DNA from: Candidatus Diapherotrites archaeon CG08_land_8_20_14_0_20_30_16
GTDB lineage: Archaea > Iainarchaeota > Iainarchaeia > Iainarchaeales > 0-14-0-20-30-16
Direction: 5' to 3'
Assembly (NCBI GenBank): GCA_002779075.1
Contig: PEXK01000040.1
Coordinates: forward strand, 1 to 31,846
Length of the DNA: 31,846 nucleotides
Part shown: piece after piece, positions 8,679 through 16,924 of the stretch
Numbering within the stretch: the stretch's first letter is position 1
How the letters are laid out: the number at the start of each line of letters is the position of its first letter
Notes under the pieces: generated by a model
The model's input: the letters and a program-made list of their open reading frames with translations, nothing else
What the model was told of the DNA's origin: nothing
The model's database searches: none
Position numbers and translations under genes: made by a program

Positions 8679-9515
8679 TTATATTTTACTTAAAATATCT
8701 TTCATTTGCAAAGCGCCAATATCTTGACTGTTATGTGATTCTGATATTAATACTGGTTTCATATTAAATTCTTTTATTATTGACGCAAAATGAATAAATT
8801 TGGGCAAAGCATCGTCTTCCATTACTGCTCTATGAACTTTTTCGCCCTTATCAGTATATGCTACAGGATAAAAATGACAATGCAGATTCTTTATTGATTC
8901 ATTTCCTAATTCTTTTTCTAATTTTATTATTACATTTTGAAAATCAATTTCATTATTTAAACAACCTAAATCTCGTGCATGTAAATGCCCAAAATCAATA
9001 GATGGTTTTATTCCTGTTTCCTGGCATATGGCAATTATATCTTCTAATGATCCTAACTGTGATTTTTTGCCCATTGTTTCAGGAACAATATATTTTCCAT
9101 ATTCGTGATTGTTTATTACTTCTTTAATGTTTTTTATAAAACTAGCTAATGCATTTGAATTATTTGTAAAACCAGGGTGCAAAACAATTCTTTTACAATT
9201 AAAATATTTTGCTGCGTCCAATGTTTTTATTAATTCTTTTTGTGAATTCTCAATCGTTTCTTTTTTATCACTTGTTAAAACAATATAATAAGGCGAATGC
9301 AAAGATAACATCATGTTATACTCATTAATCTTTTGTTTAATATATTGATTCTTTTCATCAGATCCTCTTACACCATAGGTATACAAATGTTCGTAGGCAT
9401 TTAATCCTAAATCAAGAAGCCAATCAACAATATTCTTTCTATTTTTTTTATATCTTGTTTTGAAATAATTATCTGGAACACCAGATGTTCCAAAATAAAT
9501 ATTATTAATATCCAT
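8679..9515 (-). CDS. AP endonuclease family 2 / xylose-isomerase-like TIM-barrel protein (endonuclease IV-related)
   Basis: The motif series matches the metal-binding His/Asp/Glu pattern of this fold: YFGTSGVP, SLHSPYY, RIVLHPGF, VPETMGKKSQLGSLEDI, IDFGHLHAR, LHCHF. It starts 4 nt after the upstream DHH gene ends. Confidence 0.6.
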   Translation of the reverse strand: MDINNIYFGTSGVPDNYFKTRYKKNRKNIVDWLLDLGLNAYEHLYTYGVRGSDEKNQYIKQKINEYNMMLSLHSPYYIVLTSDKKETIENSQKELIKTLDAAKYFNCKRIVLHPGFTNNSNALASFIKNIKEVINNHEYGKYIVPETMGKKSQLGSLEDIIAICQETGIKPSIDFGHLHARDLGCLNNEIDFQNVIIKLEKELGNESIKNLHCHFYPVAYTDKGEKVHRAVMEDDALPKFIHFASIIKEFNMKPVLISESHNSQDIGALQMKDILSKI

Positions 9516-9519
9516 AAAT

Positions 9520-10626
9520 TCACTTTCTAAACTTATCTATATTTTCAATTATTAGTTTTTTGCATTTTTCAAATTCTTTTTTCTTAACAAAGAATCCTAC
9601 AGCAACAGAATGTCCGCCACCAAAAAGGGTTTTGCATTCTGTTTTTAAAAATTCGATCAGTTTAACTAAGTCATAATCTTTTGATCTGCAAGATGCTTGA
9701 TACCCTTTTTCTTTTTTGTTTTCAAAAAATACAAATCTTGTTGAGGAGGAATAAATTACTTCTAAATTATCTTGAATTGCTGGTTTGAATTTTCTATCTT
9801 TAGATGTTAATTCTAAAATAATTGTGTTATTAAATATTTCCGCATTATCAAAAATTGTTTGCATTCTTTTTATTAATCTTTTTTTGTATTTGTTATATTC
9901 TTTGTAAAATTCTTCTGGCAAAATAACTATTGCCTTCAAATCAATTTTTACATTATTCAACATTCTTTCTAATACCCAATCTGCACCAAATTTTTCTGTA
10001 CTTAAATTAGAATATATTGGCAATAAAATTGATAATGGTGGTAAAATTTGACCACTATTTACAAAATATTCTTCATTGTTGATATCAACATTTAAATAAG
10101 GTAAAGAACCAATAACAAACCAGTCTGCTAGTGCTCCAGAAAAAGCTATTTTTTGTAATAATTTGTCATTGCCAAAAATATATCTATATGCACAATAAAC
10201 CAAAGCACTTGCCGAACAATTTGGTTTACTTTTCAAGTCATCATCATACATAGGGTTTATCAATAAATTTACTTCTTGATCTGCCTTGTGATGATCAATA
10301 ACACAAATATAGCTATCTTGCAAAAAAGAATAATCATCCATCGACATATCTAATAGAAAAATGTATTTGTGTTGTGCAATTTGTTTTTGTGTTTCTGGTT
10401 GATTTTTTATTTGCCCTCGAAAATCGTGTTCAGTAAACATACAAAAGAACTCTTTTTTGTATTCAAAACCAAATTTTTCCAATAATCTGCAGAAAATAAA
10501 AGCAGAAGTTACGCCGTCAGGATCATTATCTGCAATTATCAATATTTTTTCTCCTTTCTTAATGTTTTGTAATACTTTTTTTAGTTCTTCAAATTTTTCT
10601 AACATAGGAATATAATTCTCAACCAT
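9520..10626 (-). CDS. DHH/DHHA1-family phosphoesterase (RecJ/NrnA-like nuclease)
   Basis: DHH motifs ILIIADNDPDGVTSA and VIDHHK. DHHA1 motif GGGHSVAVGF. The ORF track GTG is at 10635; ATG 10626 is preferred. It lies 6-15 nt downstream of the pelota stop. Confidence 0.75.
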   Translation of the reverse strand: MVENYIPMLEKFEELKKVLQNIKKGEKILIIADNDPDGVTSAFIFCRLLEKFGFEYKKEFFCMFTEHDFRGQIKNQPETQKQIAQHKYIFLLDMSMDDYSFLQDSYICVIDHHKADQEVNLLINPMYDDDLKSKPNCSASALVYCAYRYIFGNDKLLQKIAFSGALADWFVIGSLPYLNVDINNEEYFVNSGQILPPLSILLPIYSNLSTEKFGADWVLERMLNNVKIDLKAIVILPEEFYKEYNKYKKRLIKRMQTIFDNAEIFNNTIILELTSKDRKFKPAIQDNLEVIYSSSTRFVFFENKKEKGYQASCRSKDYDLVKLIEFLKTECKTLFGGGHSVAVGFFVKKKEFEKCKKLIIENIDKFRK

Positions 10627-10641
10627 AATTATCACTAAAAA

Positions 10642-11685
10642 TCAATAGTAAAGGAAAGCTGCAATACCAGATATGTTATCTAATATTCTGCCAGATTCTG
10701 TTTCTGAATTTACAATGTGATATTCTATCTTATTATCTTCTAACATCAATAAAAGGTTTTTAATTTCTGTGAAGTTTTCATGAAAGAATTTGTCACTAAT
10801 TAATACTGATTGCAATGCATTTCTATCAAGAGCTTCTTTAATTTGTACTAAACCATAAGTAACGGGTTTGTCTTTGGCCAAATGTAACAAGAAGGTATCT
10901 ATTAATTCCGAATCTTTTTGAACATTTATATTGCCCAATACTTTTTTTACTTGCCCACCTTTTATTAACTCGTTAATTCCTGAAATTCCAGGGCTTGATG
11001 CTTGTGTAAAAATAAACCTATCCAAAAATTTTTTATCAGAAAATTTAGTTTGAATATATTTGTGCAGGTTTTCTTTTTCAAAACCAGGACCGCCAACAAT
11101 GCACTTATCAAAATCGCTGTTAGTCAATACTTTTAAAATAGAATCAAAATAGCTTTGCCTAGAAATCTCTTTTGCGTGAGGATCTCTTTTGCCCGAACCC
11201 TTAAAAAAGATCTCTACAACAACATCATATCTTGTTTCATTTAAAGTAGCTATAACACAAGAATCATCATCTAAAACAGCCAAATAAATCCTAGCATTTA
11301 ATTTTTCTTGAAGGGCTTTGTCCAAAATCTTTTTCTGTATTGCAAGTAAAGACTGTTTATTTATTGATAATCTATCACCAACATGAAAATCAAAAGAATG
11401 GTGTTGCCCAACAACAACATATTCTGGAGGCGAACCAGAATCTATAATGCCTATTACTTTTAAACACTGTAAATTTAAATCTAATTTTGTGTTTTTTGCG
11501 TCTAATTTGATAAAAACAGACTTTTTTTCAGAATCGTCAGAATCTTGTGCTCTAAATCTTCTTGTCGTACGACTTCCTACTTTGTCGCCTTCAGAAATGA
11601 ACAAACTTAAGGCCCAAAGATCATCAATATTTTCAATTCCTAATTCGAAAAACAAGTCTTTAAAATTCTTTTTATATACTTTCAT
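10642..11685 (-). CDS. pelA: Pelota (Dom34 homologue), ribosome rescue / mRNA surveillance factor
   Basis: The N-terminus IENIDDLWALSLFISEGDKVGSRTTRR is characteristic. The central and C-terminal eRF1-like domains are present (IVGGPGFEKENL, SSPGISGINELI). Length 347 aa. Confidence 0.9.
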   Translation of the reverse strand: MKVYKKNFKDLFFELGIENIDDLWALSLFISEGDKVGSRTTRRFRAQDSDDSEKKSVFIKLDAKNTKLDLNLQCLKVIGIIDSGSPPEYVVVGQHHSFDFHVGDRLSINKQSLLAIQKKILDKALQEKLNARIYLAVLDDDSCVIATLNETRYDVVVEIFFKGSGKRDPHAKEISRQSYFDSILKVLTNSDFDKCIVGGPGFEKENLHKYIQTKFSDKKFLDRFIFTQASSPGISGINELIKGGQVKKVLGNINVQKDSELIDTFLLHLAKDKPVTYGLVQIKEALDRNALQSVLISDKFFHENFTEIKNLLLMLEDNKIEYHIVNSETESGRILDNISGIAAFLYY

Positions 11686-11707
11686 ATTATATATATATTA
11701 TTGAAAT

Positions 11708-11715
11708 CTATATAA
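11708..11715. promoter_or_regulatory. Candidate shared TATA box (CTATATAA) between pelota (ATG 11685, -) and ABCE1 (ATG 11737, +)
   Basis: The intergenic spacer is only 51 nt. The octamer centre (11711.5) is 26.5 nt from the pelota ATG and 25.5 nt from the ABCE1 ATG. Neither gene has an SD motif. Confidence 0.4.
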
Positions 11716-11736
11716 GACTATTTATTGAGATTATTT

Positions 11737-13518
11737 ATGTATAAAAGAAGAATTGCAATTATTGATTCAAAAAAGTGTAGACCTAAACTCTGTGGCGAAG
11801 TTTGTATTAAAGTTTGTCCTATGAATAGAATGGCGAAAAATGTAGTATACTATGAAGGTGAAGCAATAAAAATAGACGAAACATTATGTTCTGGTTGCGG
11901 AATTTGTGTTATAAAATGCCCTTTTGACGCAATAAAAATAATAAATCTAGAACTAATACTGGACGACCCTTTACATCAATATGGTGAAAATAGATTTAGA
12001 TTGTTTAGATTTATAGACCTCCCTAAAAAACAGAATATCGGCGTTATTGGTCAAAATGGTATAGGAAAATCAACAATAATTAAAATTCTTGCAGGCCAAA
12101 TAATTCCTAATCTTGGAAAGTATAAAGAAAAAGCAGATTATAAAAAAGTTGTTGAAAATTTTAAAGGTAAAGAAATACAAAAAACATTTATCAATTTAAA
12201 TAAGAGCTTGTTTGAGTTTGCATATAAGCCACAAAATATTGAACTTATTCCCGAGGTTTTTAATGGCAAAGTTGTTGATCTGTTGAAAAAATCAGATAAA
12301 AACAATAAATTAAATGAAATAGTTGAATTATGGGATTTAAAAAACCTATTGCAAAAGGATATTAATATACTGTCTGGTGGCGAACTGCAAAAAGTAGCAA
12401 TAGTCTCAACAGTATTGAAAAATGCAAATGTTTCTTTTTTTGATGAGCCTAGTTCATTTTTAGATATTAAACAAAGATTCTTGTTTGCTACAAATCTTCA
12501 AAATTCTTCTAAAGAAGAAACAAGAAATGAAAAGAAAAATCAAGAAACTAAGGAAAAGACAAATATTATTGTTGAACATGATTTAGCAATTTTAGATTAT
12601 ATTGTTGATTATTGTCACATTCTTTTTGGTCAACCACATGCATACGGAATTTGTTCGCACATTAAAAATACAAATGTGGCTATAAACGAATTTTTATTTG
12701 GCTTTATTAAGGATGAAAACCTAAGGTTTAGGGATTATGAATTAAATATAAATTATACTCCTAGCAATATAAAAACAGGAGATGTTTTGTTTGATTATTC
12801 TGAAAACAAAGTTAAATTAGGAAAATTTACATTAGAATATCCACAAGACGAAATACATAATAATCAAATTATTGGAATAATTGGAGAAAATGGCACAGGA
12901 AAAACAACCTTTATAAAAAATATTTTAGAAAAATCCAATAACTATGACAATTTGAAGTTTGCGTACAAACCACAAAGTCTTTTACTTCGAAAACAAGAAA
13001 TGGAATTGCCAGTTATGTTTTATTTGAAAGATTGTGATCAAGATCTTTTAAAAGATCTTTGGAATAAATTAAACATTGAAAGAATAAAGATGTATAAGTT
13101 GGGTGAGTTAAATGGTGGAGATTTGCAAAAGGTAATTACAACAAAGGTTTTGGCCACTAATGCAAATGTTTATTTAATTGATGAGCCTAGTGCTTTTTTA
13201 GATGTTGAAGAACGATTGAATATTGGAAAAGCAATCAGAAATATAATTTTAGAAAAAAACAAAGTTGCATTTGTTGTTGACCACGACATTTTATTTTTGG
13301 ATTTTATATCAGATGCTATTCTGATGTTCTCAGGAACACCTGGCCAACAATGTCACGCATCAAATATTATGAACAAAAAAGAAGGCATGAACAAATTTTT
13401 GAAAATATTAAATATAACGTATAGAAAAGATCCAATAACTAAAAGACCTAGAATAAATAAACAAAATTCCAGCAAAGACAAAGACCAAAAACTTGCAGGA
13501 AACTATTATTCTTTTTAG
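11737..13518 (+). CDS. abce1: ABCE1 / RNase L inhibitor (Rli1), ribosome recycling ATPase
   Basis: N-terminal twin 4Fe-4S motifs CRPKLCGEVCIKVCP and CSGCGICVIKCP. Two ABC cassettes are present. Cassette 1: GQNGIGKST, LSGGELQKV, FFDEPSSFLD. Cassette 2: GENGTGKTT, LNGGDLQKV, YLIDEPSAFLD. A K/E-rich insert (SSKEETRNEKKNQETKEKTN) sits in NBD1. The ORF track TTG is at 11725; ATG 11737 (MYKRRIAIID) is preferred. Confidence 0.93.
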   Translation: MYKRRIAIIDSKKCRPKLCGEVCIKVCPMNRMAKNVVYYEGEAIKIDETLCSGCGICVIKCPFDAIKIINLELILDDPLHQYGENRFRLFRFIDLPKKQNIGVIGQNGIGKSTIIKILAGQIIPNLGKYKEKADYKKVVENFKGKEIQKTFINLNKSLFEFAYKPQNIELIPEVFNGKVVDLLKKSDKNNKLNEIVELWDLKNLLQKDINILSGGELQKVAIVSTVLKNANVSFFDEPSSFLDIKQRFLFATNLQNSSKEETRNEKKNQETKEKTNIIVEHDLAILDYIVDYCHILFGQPHAYGICSHIKNTNVAINEFLFGFIKDENLRFRDYELNINYTPSNIKTGDVLFDYSENKVKLGKFTLEYPQDEIHNNQIIGIIGENGTGKTTFIKNILEKSNNYDNLKFAYKPQSLLLRKQEMELPVMFYLKDCDQDLLKDLWNKLNIERIKMYKLGELNGGDLQKVITTKVLATNANVYLIDEPSAFLDVEERLNIGKAIRNIILEKNKVAFVVDHDILFLDFISDAILMFSGTPGQQCHASNIMNKKEGMNKFLKILNITYRKDPITKRPRINKQNSSKDKDQKLAGNYYSF

Positions 13519-13536
13519 TTAGGTTGTCCATTTCTT

Positions 13537-13545
13537 TTTTAAATA
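13537..13545 (+). promoter_or_regulatory. Candidate TATA box (TTTTAAATA) for tfe
   Basis: Centred about 24 nt upstream of ATG 13565 in the 46-nt ABCE1-tfe spacer. No SD motif, so the mRNA is probably leaderless or has a very short leader. Confidence 0.4.
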
Positions 13546-13564
13546 CTTTGTAAGATATTTATAT

Positions 13565-14092
13565 ATGCACCGAATTCTTGAACTTGATGTCACAAAAGAG
13601 TTTTTATCAAAAATAGATAAAAACGCATACGATATTTTAACAAAGTGGAACGATGCTAAAAGTATTACAAACGACGAAAAGATTGCAGAATTGGTTGGCC
13701 AAAAGGTTACTACTGTTAGATCGACATTAAATAAATTGAGCTTTAGAGGGGTTGTAAAATATGAAAAAGAAAAAGATCAAAAATCAGGATGGTATAATTT
13801 TTATTGGGGAATAGATTTCAAAAAATTAGCAACTTTAATTTGTCAAGAACATATAGACAGAAAAACTAAACTATCTGAAAAACAAAGGCAATTAAACGAA
13901 TATGATTATTTCACTTGTAAAAACATTTGTAGTGAGGAGCCATTTGAAATTGCTGCAGAATATGATTTTGTTTGTCCTCATTGTAACCAAAGTTTGGCAT
14001 TAATGGACAAAAAGGCACAAAGCAATAAAATATTATCAGAAATTCAAAACATAGAAAAAGATCTGGAATTTATTAAAAATATATACAGCTAA
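13565..14092 (+). CDS. tfe: Transcription factor E (TFE alpha, TFIIE-alpha homologue)
   Basis: Winged helix with DEKIAELVGQKVTTVRSTLNKLSFRGVVKYEKEKDQKSGWYNFYW. Zn-ribbon FTCKNIC...FVCPHCNQSL. Confidence 0.85.
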   Translation: MHRILELDVTKEFLSKIDKNAYDILTKWNDAKSITNDEKIAELVGQKVTTVRSTLNKLSFRGVVKYEKEKDQKSGWYNFYWGIDFKKLATLICQEHIDRKTKLSEKQRQLNEYDYFTCKNICSEEPFEIAAEYDFVCPHCNQSLALMDKKAQSNKILSEIQNIEKDLEFIKNIYS

Positions 14093-14167
14093 AGCGAGGT
14101 GGGGCAGCCTGGAGTGCCCGCTGGGCTCATAACCCAGAGGTCGTTGGTTCAAATCCAACCCTCGCTA
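14093..14167 (+). tRNA. Initiator tRNA-Met (anticodon CAT), no encoded CCA
   Basis: Hand-folded cloverleaf of 75 nt. Acceptor stem AGCGAGG/CCTCGCT, D stem GGGC/GCCC, anticodon stem CTGGG/CCCAG. The anticodon loop is CTCATAA, the variable loop AGGTC, and the T arm GTTGG-TTCAAAT-CCAAC, with discriminator A. The A1:U72 pair and three G:C pairs closing the anticodon stem are archaeal initiator hallmarks. It is GC-rich against an AT-rich background. Confidence 0.9.
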
Positions 14168-15310
14168 TCTTCTTTGTCTGTCATAAACATTTCTGCCTAT
14201 AAATTTACATAAACTTGTTTTATAAGTATAGTAAGAGCTTGCAACAATACCTAACCACGATAAAATACAAATAGGATACAAAAAAAAGTATCTTTGTTTT
14301 ATTTTAAAACTTGAAAAAATAATCCTATAAATTAAATAAATTAGAATAAAAGAAACTAAAGAAAGTGAAAAATAATAAATATTAAAATTGAAAATAGAGT
14401 ATATCAAAATTATAATAGGACCAAAGAAAAAAGCAACACAAAAACATAGGACAAGAATGAATATTAAAAAATGTCCATTAAAAAAAGCGTATGCATTTTT
14501 GCTAAATCCAAACAACACCTCTTCAAAATTATGATACATTCTACAACGTAATAACTTAGCTCCATTATATAATCTCCAGTTTAATCCATATCTTGTAAAC
14601 ATTCTTGCAAAAGTAACATCATCTAAAAGCTCGGTTCTTATTCCTTCAAAACCACTTATTTTTTTATACGTTTCTCTTCTAAAAAATAACACTTGGCCAA
14701 CAGCCATTGCAAAGTATTCCTGTTTGAATATGTATGCAATATATATTGGGGTTAAACAAAAAATCCATATTGGCACTAAAGGTAAAATTATTTTTTCAAA
14801 CCATGTGCCTGTAATTTCTTCAGGTAACAAAGATATAAAATCTAGGTTTTTTTGTTCTGCTGCAGAAACCAAGCTTATCAATAAATTTGAGTTATGTATA
14901 GTGTCCGCATCTACAAAGAAAAAGTATTTCCCTTTCGCTTTTTTTGATAATTGGTGACACGCCCAATATTTTCCAACCCAACCAAATGGCAATCTTTTTC
15001 CTAATAATATTTGTAATTTTGAATATTTTTGTTTCAGTTCTAAGAGTATTTTTTGTGTATTATCTGTAGATTTGTCATTCAAAACTAATACTTCAAAGTT
15101 TGGGTATTTTTGTTCCATCGTCGAGACTATACAAGCCCTTATATTCTTTTCTTCATTTCTAACTGGAACAAGTACTGACACTAAAGGCAAATTGCCCTTA
15201 ATTTTTGAAATCGAATATATTTCGTTATAGAAAAATTTGTTAATGTAAGTATTTAATAGAAAAATCAACCACACAAAACAAATTATTATACTGAAAATGA
15301 CAATAAACAT
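14165..15310 (-). CDS. Membrane-bound family-2 glycosyltransferase
   Basis: GT-A motifs VSVLVPVRNEEKNIRACI...VLVLNDKSTDNT and FFFVDADT, flanked by N- and C-terminal TM helices. Its stop codon overlaps the tRNA 3' end by 3 nt on the opposite strand. The ORF track GTG is at 15316; the ATG is at 15310. Confidence 0.85.
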   Translation of the reverse strand: MFIVIFSIIICFVWLIFLLNTYINKFFYNEIYSISKIKGNLPLVSVLVPVRNEEKNIRACIVSTMEQKYPNFEVLVLNDKSTDNTQKILLELKQKYSKLQILLGKRLPFGWVGKYWACHQLSKKAKGKYFFFVDADTIHNSNLLISLVSAAEQKNLDFISLLPEEITGTWFEKIILPLVPIWIFCLTPIYIAYIFKQEYFAMAVGQVLFFRRETYKKISGFEGIRTELLDDVTFARMFTRYGLNWRLYNGAKLLRCRMYHNFEEVLFGFSKNAYAFFNGHFLIFILVLCFCVAFFFGPIIILIYSIFNFNIYYFSLSLVSFILIYLIYRIIFSSFKIKQRYFFLYPICILSWLGIVASSYYTYKTSLCKFIGRNVYDRQRR

Positions 15311-15394
15311 AACCACCCTAAAAAGAAAGACTATAAGAATTTATAAATTGATCTCTTTGATCGGGTTGTACATAATGGATGGGGTGAAGTAAAG

Positions 15395-15459
15395 ATAGTA
15401 ATTACCGTAAAAACAATGGTTTTAAAGCATTGGTTTTTAATAATTATGGTAATTACTAT
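15395..15459. repeat. Inverted repeat or hairpin carrying two GTAATTAC palindromes
   Basis: ATAGTAATTACCGTAA (15395..15410) pairs with TTATGGTAATTACTAT (15444..15459), giving 15 Watson-Crick pairs plus one G:T. The element lies in the 245-nt GT2/dus divergent spacer. Confidence 0.6.
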
Positions 15460-15561
15460 AATTATTTATTGTTTTTAGCACAATTTGTAGGCATTTGAAT
15501 AATTTAAACAAATTACAAAAACTAGGACAAGTAAAAAATTTAAATTCCTAATGGGGACTGT

Positions 15562-16506
15562 ATGAAAAGTATAAAAAATATTAAAATAGGGGGAGGAGGT
15601 CTGAAAAACAACCTTTTCTTAGCACCTATGTTAGGATTTACAAATTTTGCTTTCAGAGAATTAATTCAAAAAAATGCAAAAATAGCTGTATTTACAGAGA
15701 TGATTCCTATAAATGCACTAAGTAAAGACAGTAATTACTGTAAAGATTTAATAATAAGGGGTTCCTCCGAAAGAAATGTGTTTTATCAATTTTTTGGCAA
15801 TAACGAAAAAAAGTTAGTTAAAAGTATTCAAAATATATTAGACTTAAACATAAAAATAGATTTCATAGATTTAAACTGTGGTTGTCCTGCACAAGACATT
15901 GTTTTGCAAGGGGCTGGGTGTGCTTTGCTAAAAAGAGAATCTAAGATCAAATCTATGATTCAAGCATCAAAGAAAGCATTTGATATCCCTTTTACAATAA
16001 AAATAAGGACAGGATATGATAAACCAAAACATCTTGATTATAAAGCATTGGAAGATTCTGGTTGTGATGCTTTATTTGTTCATGGAAGAACCAAAAAACA
16101 GCAATATTCCGGAAATATAGATTTAAAATTCATAAAAGAGGCAAAAGAAAGAACTGACCTCCCAATAATTGCAAATGGAAATATCAAAGATTTGAAGGAT
16201 ATTCAAAAAGTATATTTTCAAACAGATTGTGATGGTTATATGATTGGGCGACAGGCATTGACAAATCCTTTTGTTTTTAGAGAAATTATAAATGGTAATT
16301 ACAGTACTTTCTATGAAAGAATTGATTTTTTAGATAAATATTATAAAAAAATGTTAGACAATAATATAAACTGTGCATTTCAAAATGCAAAATTGTTGAG
16401 TTTATTTTTGGTTAGAGAGATAAAAGATGCATCAAAAATAAGAGAAAGAATATCAAAAACAAAAGAGTTTGAAGAACTCTTACAAATCGTTGAAAGTATA
16501 AAATAA
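15562..16506 (+). CDS. dus: tRNA-dihydrouridine synthase (Dus family)
   Basis: FMN TIM-barrel motifs LAPMLGFTNFAFREL, FIDLNCGCPA (catalytic Cys region), IKIRTGYD and FVHGRTKKQQYSG. Confidence 0.85.
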   Translation: MKSIKNIKIGGGGLKNNLFLAPMLGFTNFAFRELIQKNAKIAVFTEMIPINALSKDSNYCKDLIIRGSSERNVFYQFFGNNEKKLVKSIQNILDLNIKIDFIDLNCGCPAQDIVLQGAGCALLKRESKIKSMIQASKKAFDIPFTIKIRTGYDKPKHLDYKALEDSGCDALFVHGRTKKQQYSGNIDLKFIKEAKERTDLPIIANGNIKDLKDIQKVYFQTDCDGYMIGRQALTNPFVFREIINGNYSTFYERIDFLDKYYKKMLDNNINCAFQNAKLLSLFLVREIKDASKIRERISKTKEFEELLQIVESIK

Positions 16507-16922
16507 TGGTTATTGGTGATAAGATGGGGTTATTTGCAAAAATAAAATCTTTGTTTGTTAAAAAAAGTGTGCCAGAAATTATAACAACGACAGCAAAAAC
16601 AACAGATATTATAGATAGAGATCAGTTTGTATTCAATTATGGAAATGTATGGCAATATATTAAGCCAAAAGAAAATACACAAGCTGAACATGTTTTGAGT
16701 GTAATAAGTTTTGATGATTGGCAAAATATGGATGAAATAAGAAAAAGAATTAAAGATCTTTTTTGTATAGAATATAAACACGAAAAAAGTTTGTATCCAT
16801 ACATAAAAACTCTAGTGGACATAGGATTGCTAGAAACTAATTCAGTTGGTGGAAAAAGAAAATGGAGAAAAAAAGAATTACCAATTAAATATCCTCCAAT
16901 TGTAAATTCTTCTGAAAAATAA
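16506..16922 (+). CDS. Hypothetical protein, possible C-terminal winged-helix domain
   Basis: Its ATG overlaps the dus stop (TAATG); an alternative ATG at 16524 follows GGTGAT. The C-terminal segment WQNMDEIRKRIKDLF...YPYIKTLVDIGLLETNSVGGKRKW resembles a wHTH recognition helix plus wing. No family recognised. Confidence 0.45.
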   Translation: MVIGDKMGLFAKIKSLFVKKSVPEIITTTAKTTDIIDRDQFVFNYGNVWQYIKPKENTQAEHVLSVISFDDWQNMDEIRKRIKDLFCIEYKHEKSLYPYIKTLVDIGLLETNSVGGKRKWRKKELPIKYPPIVNSSEK

Positions 16923-16924
16923 GT

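Noticed and set aside
15317-15561. Possible structured ncRNA gene (SRP RNA, RNase P RNA, or a tRNA with an intron) in the longest spacer
   Set aside because: Apart from one AT-rich hairpin, the region lacks the GC-rich stems that make the tRNA at 14093..14167 stand out, and it has no recognisable conserved RNA motifs.
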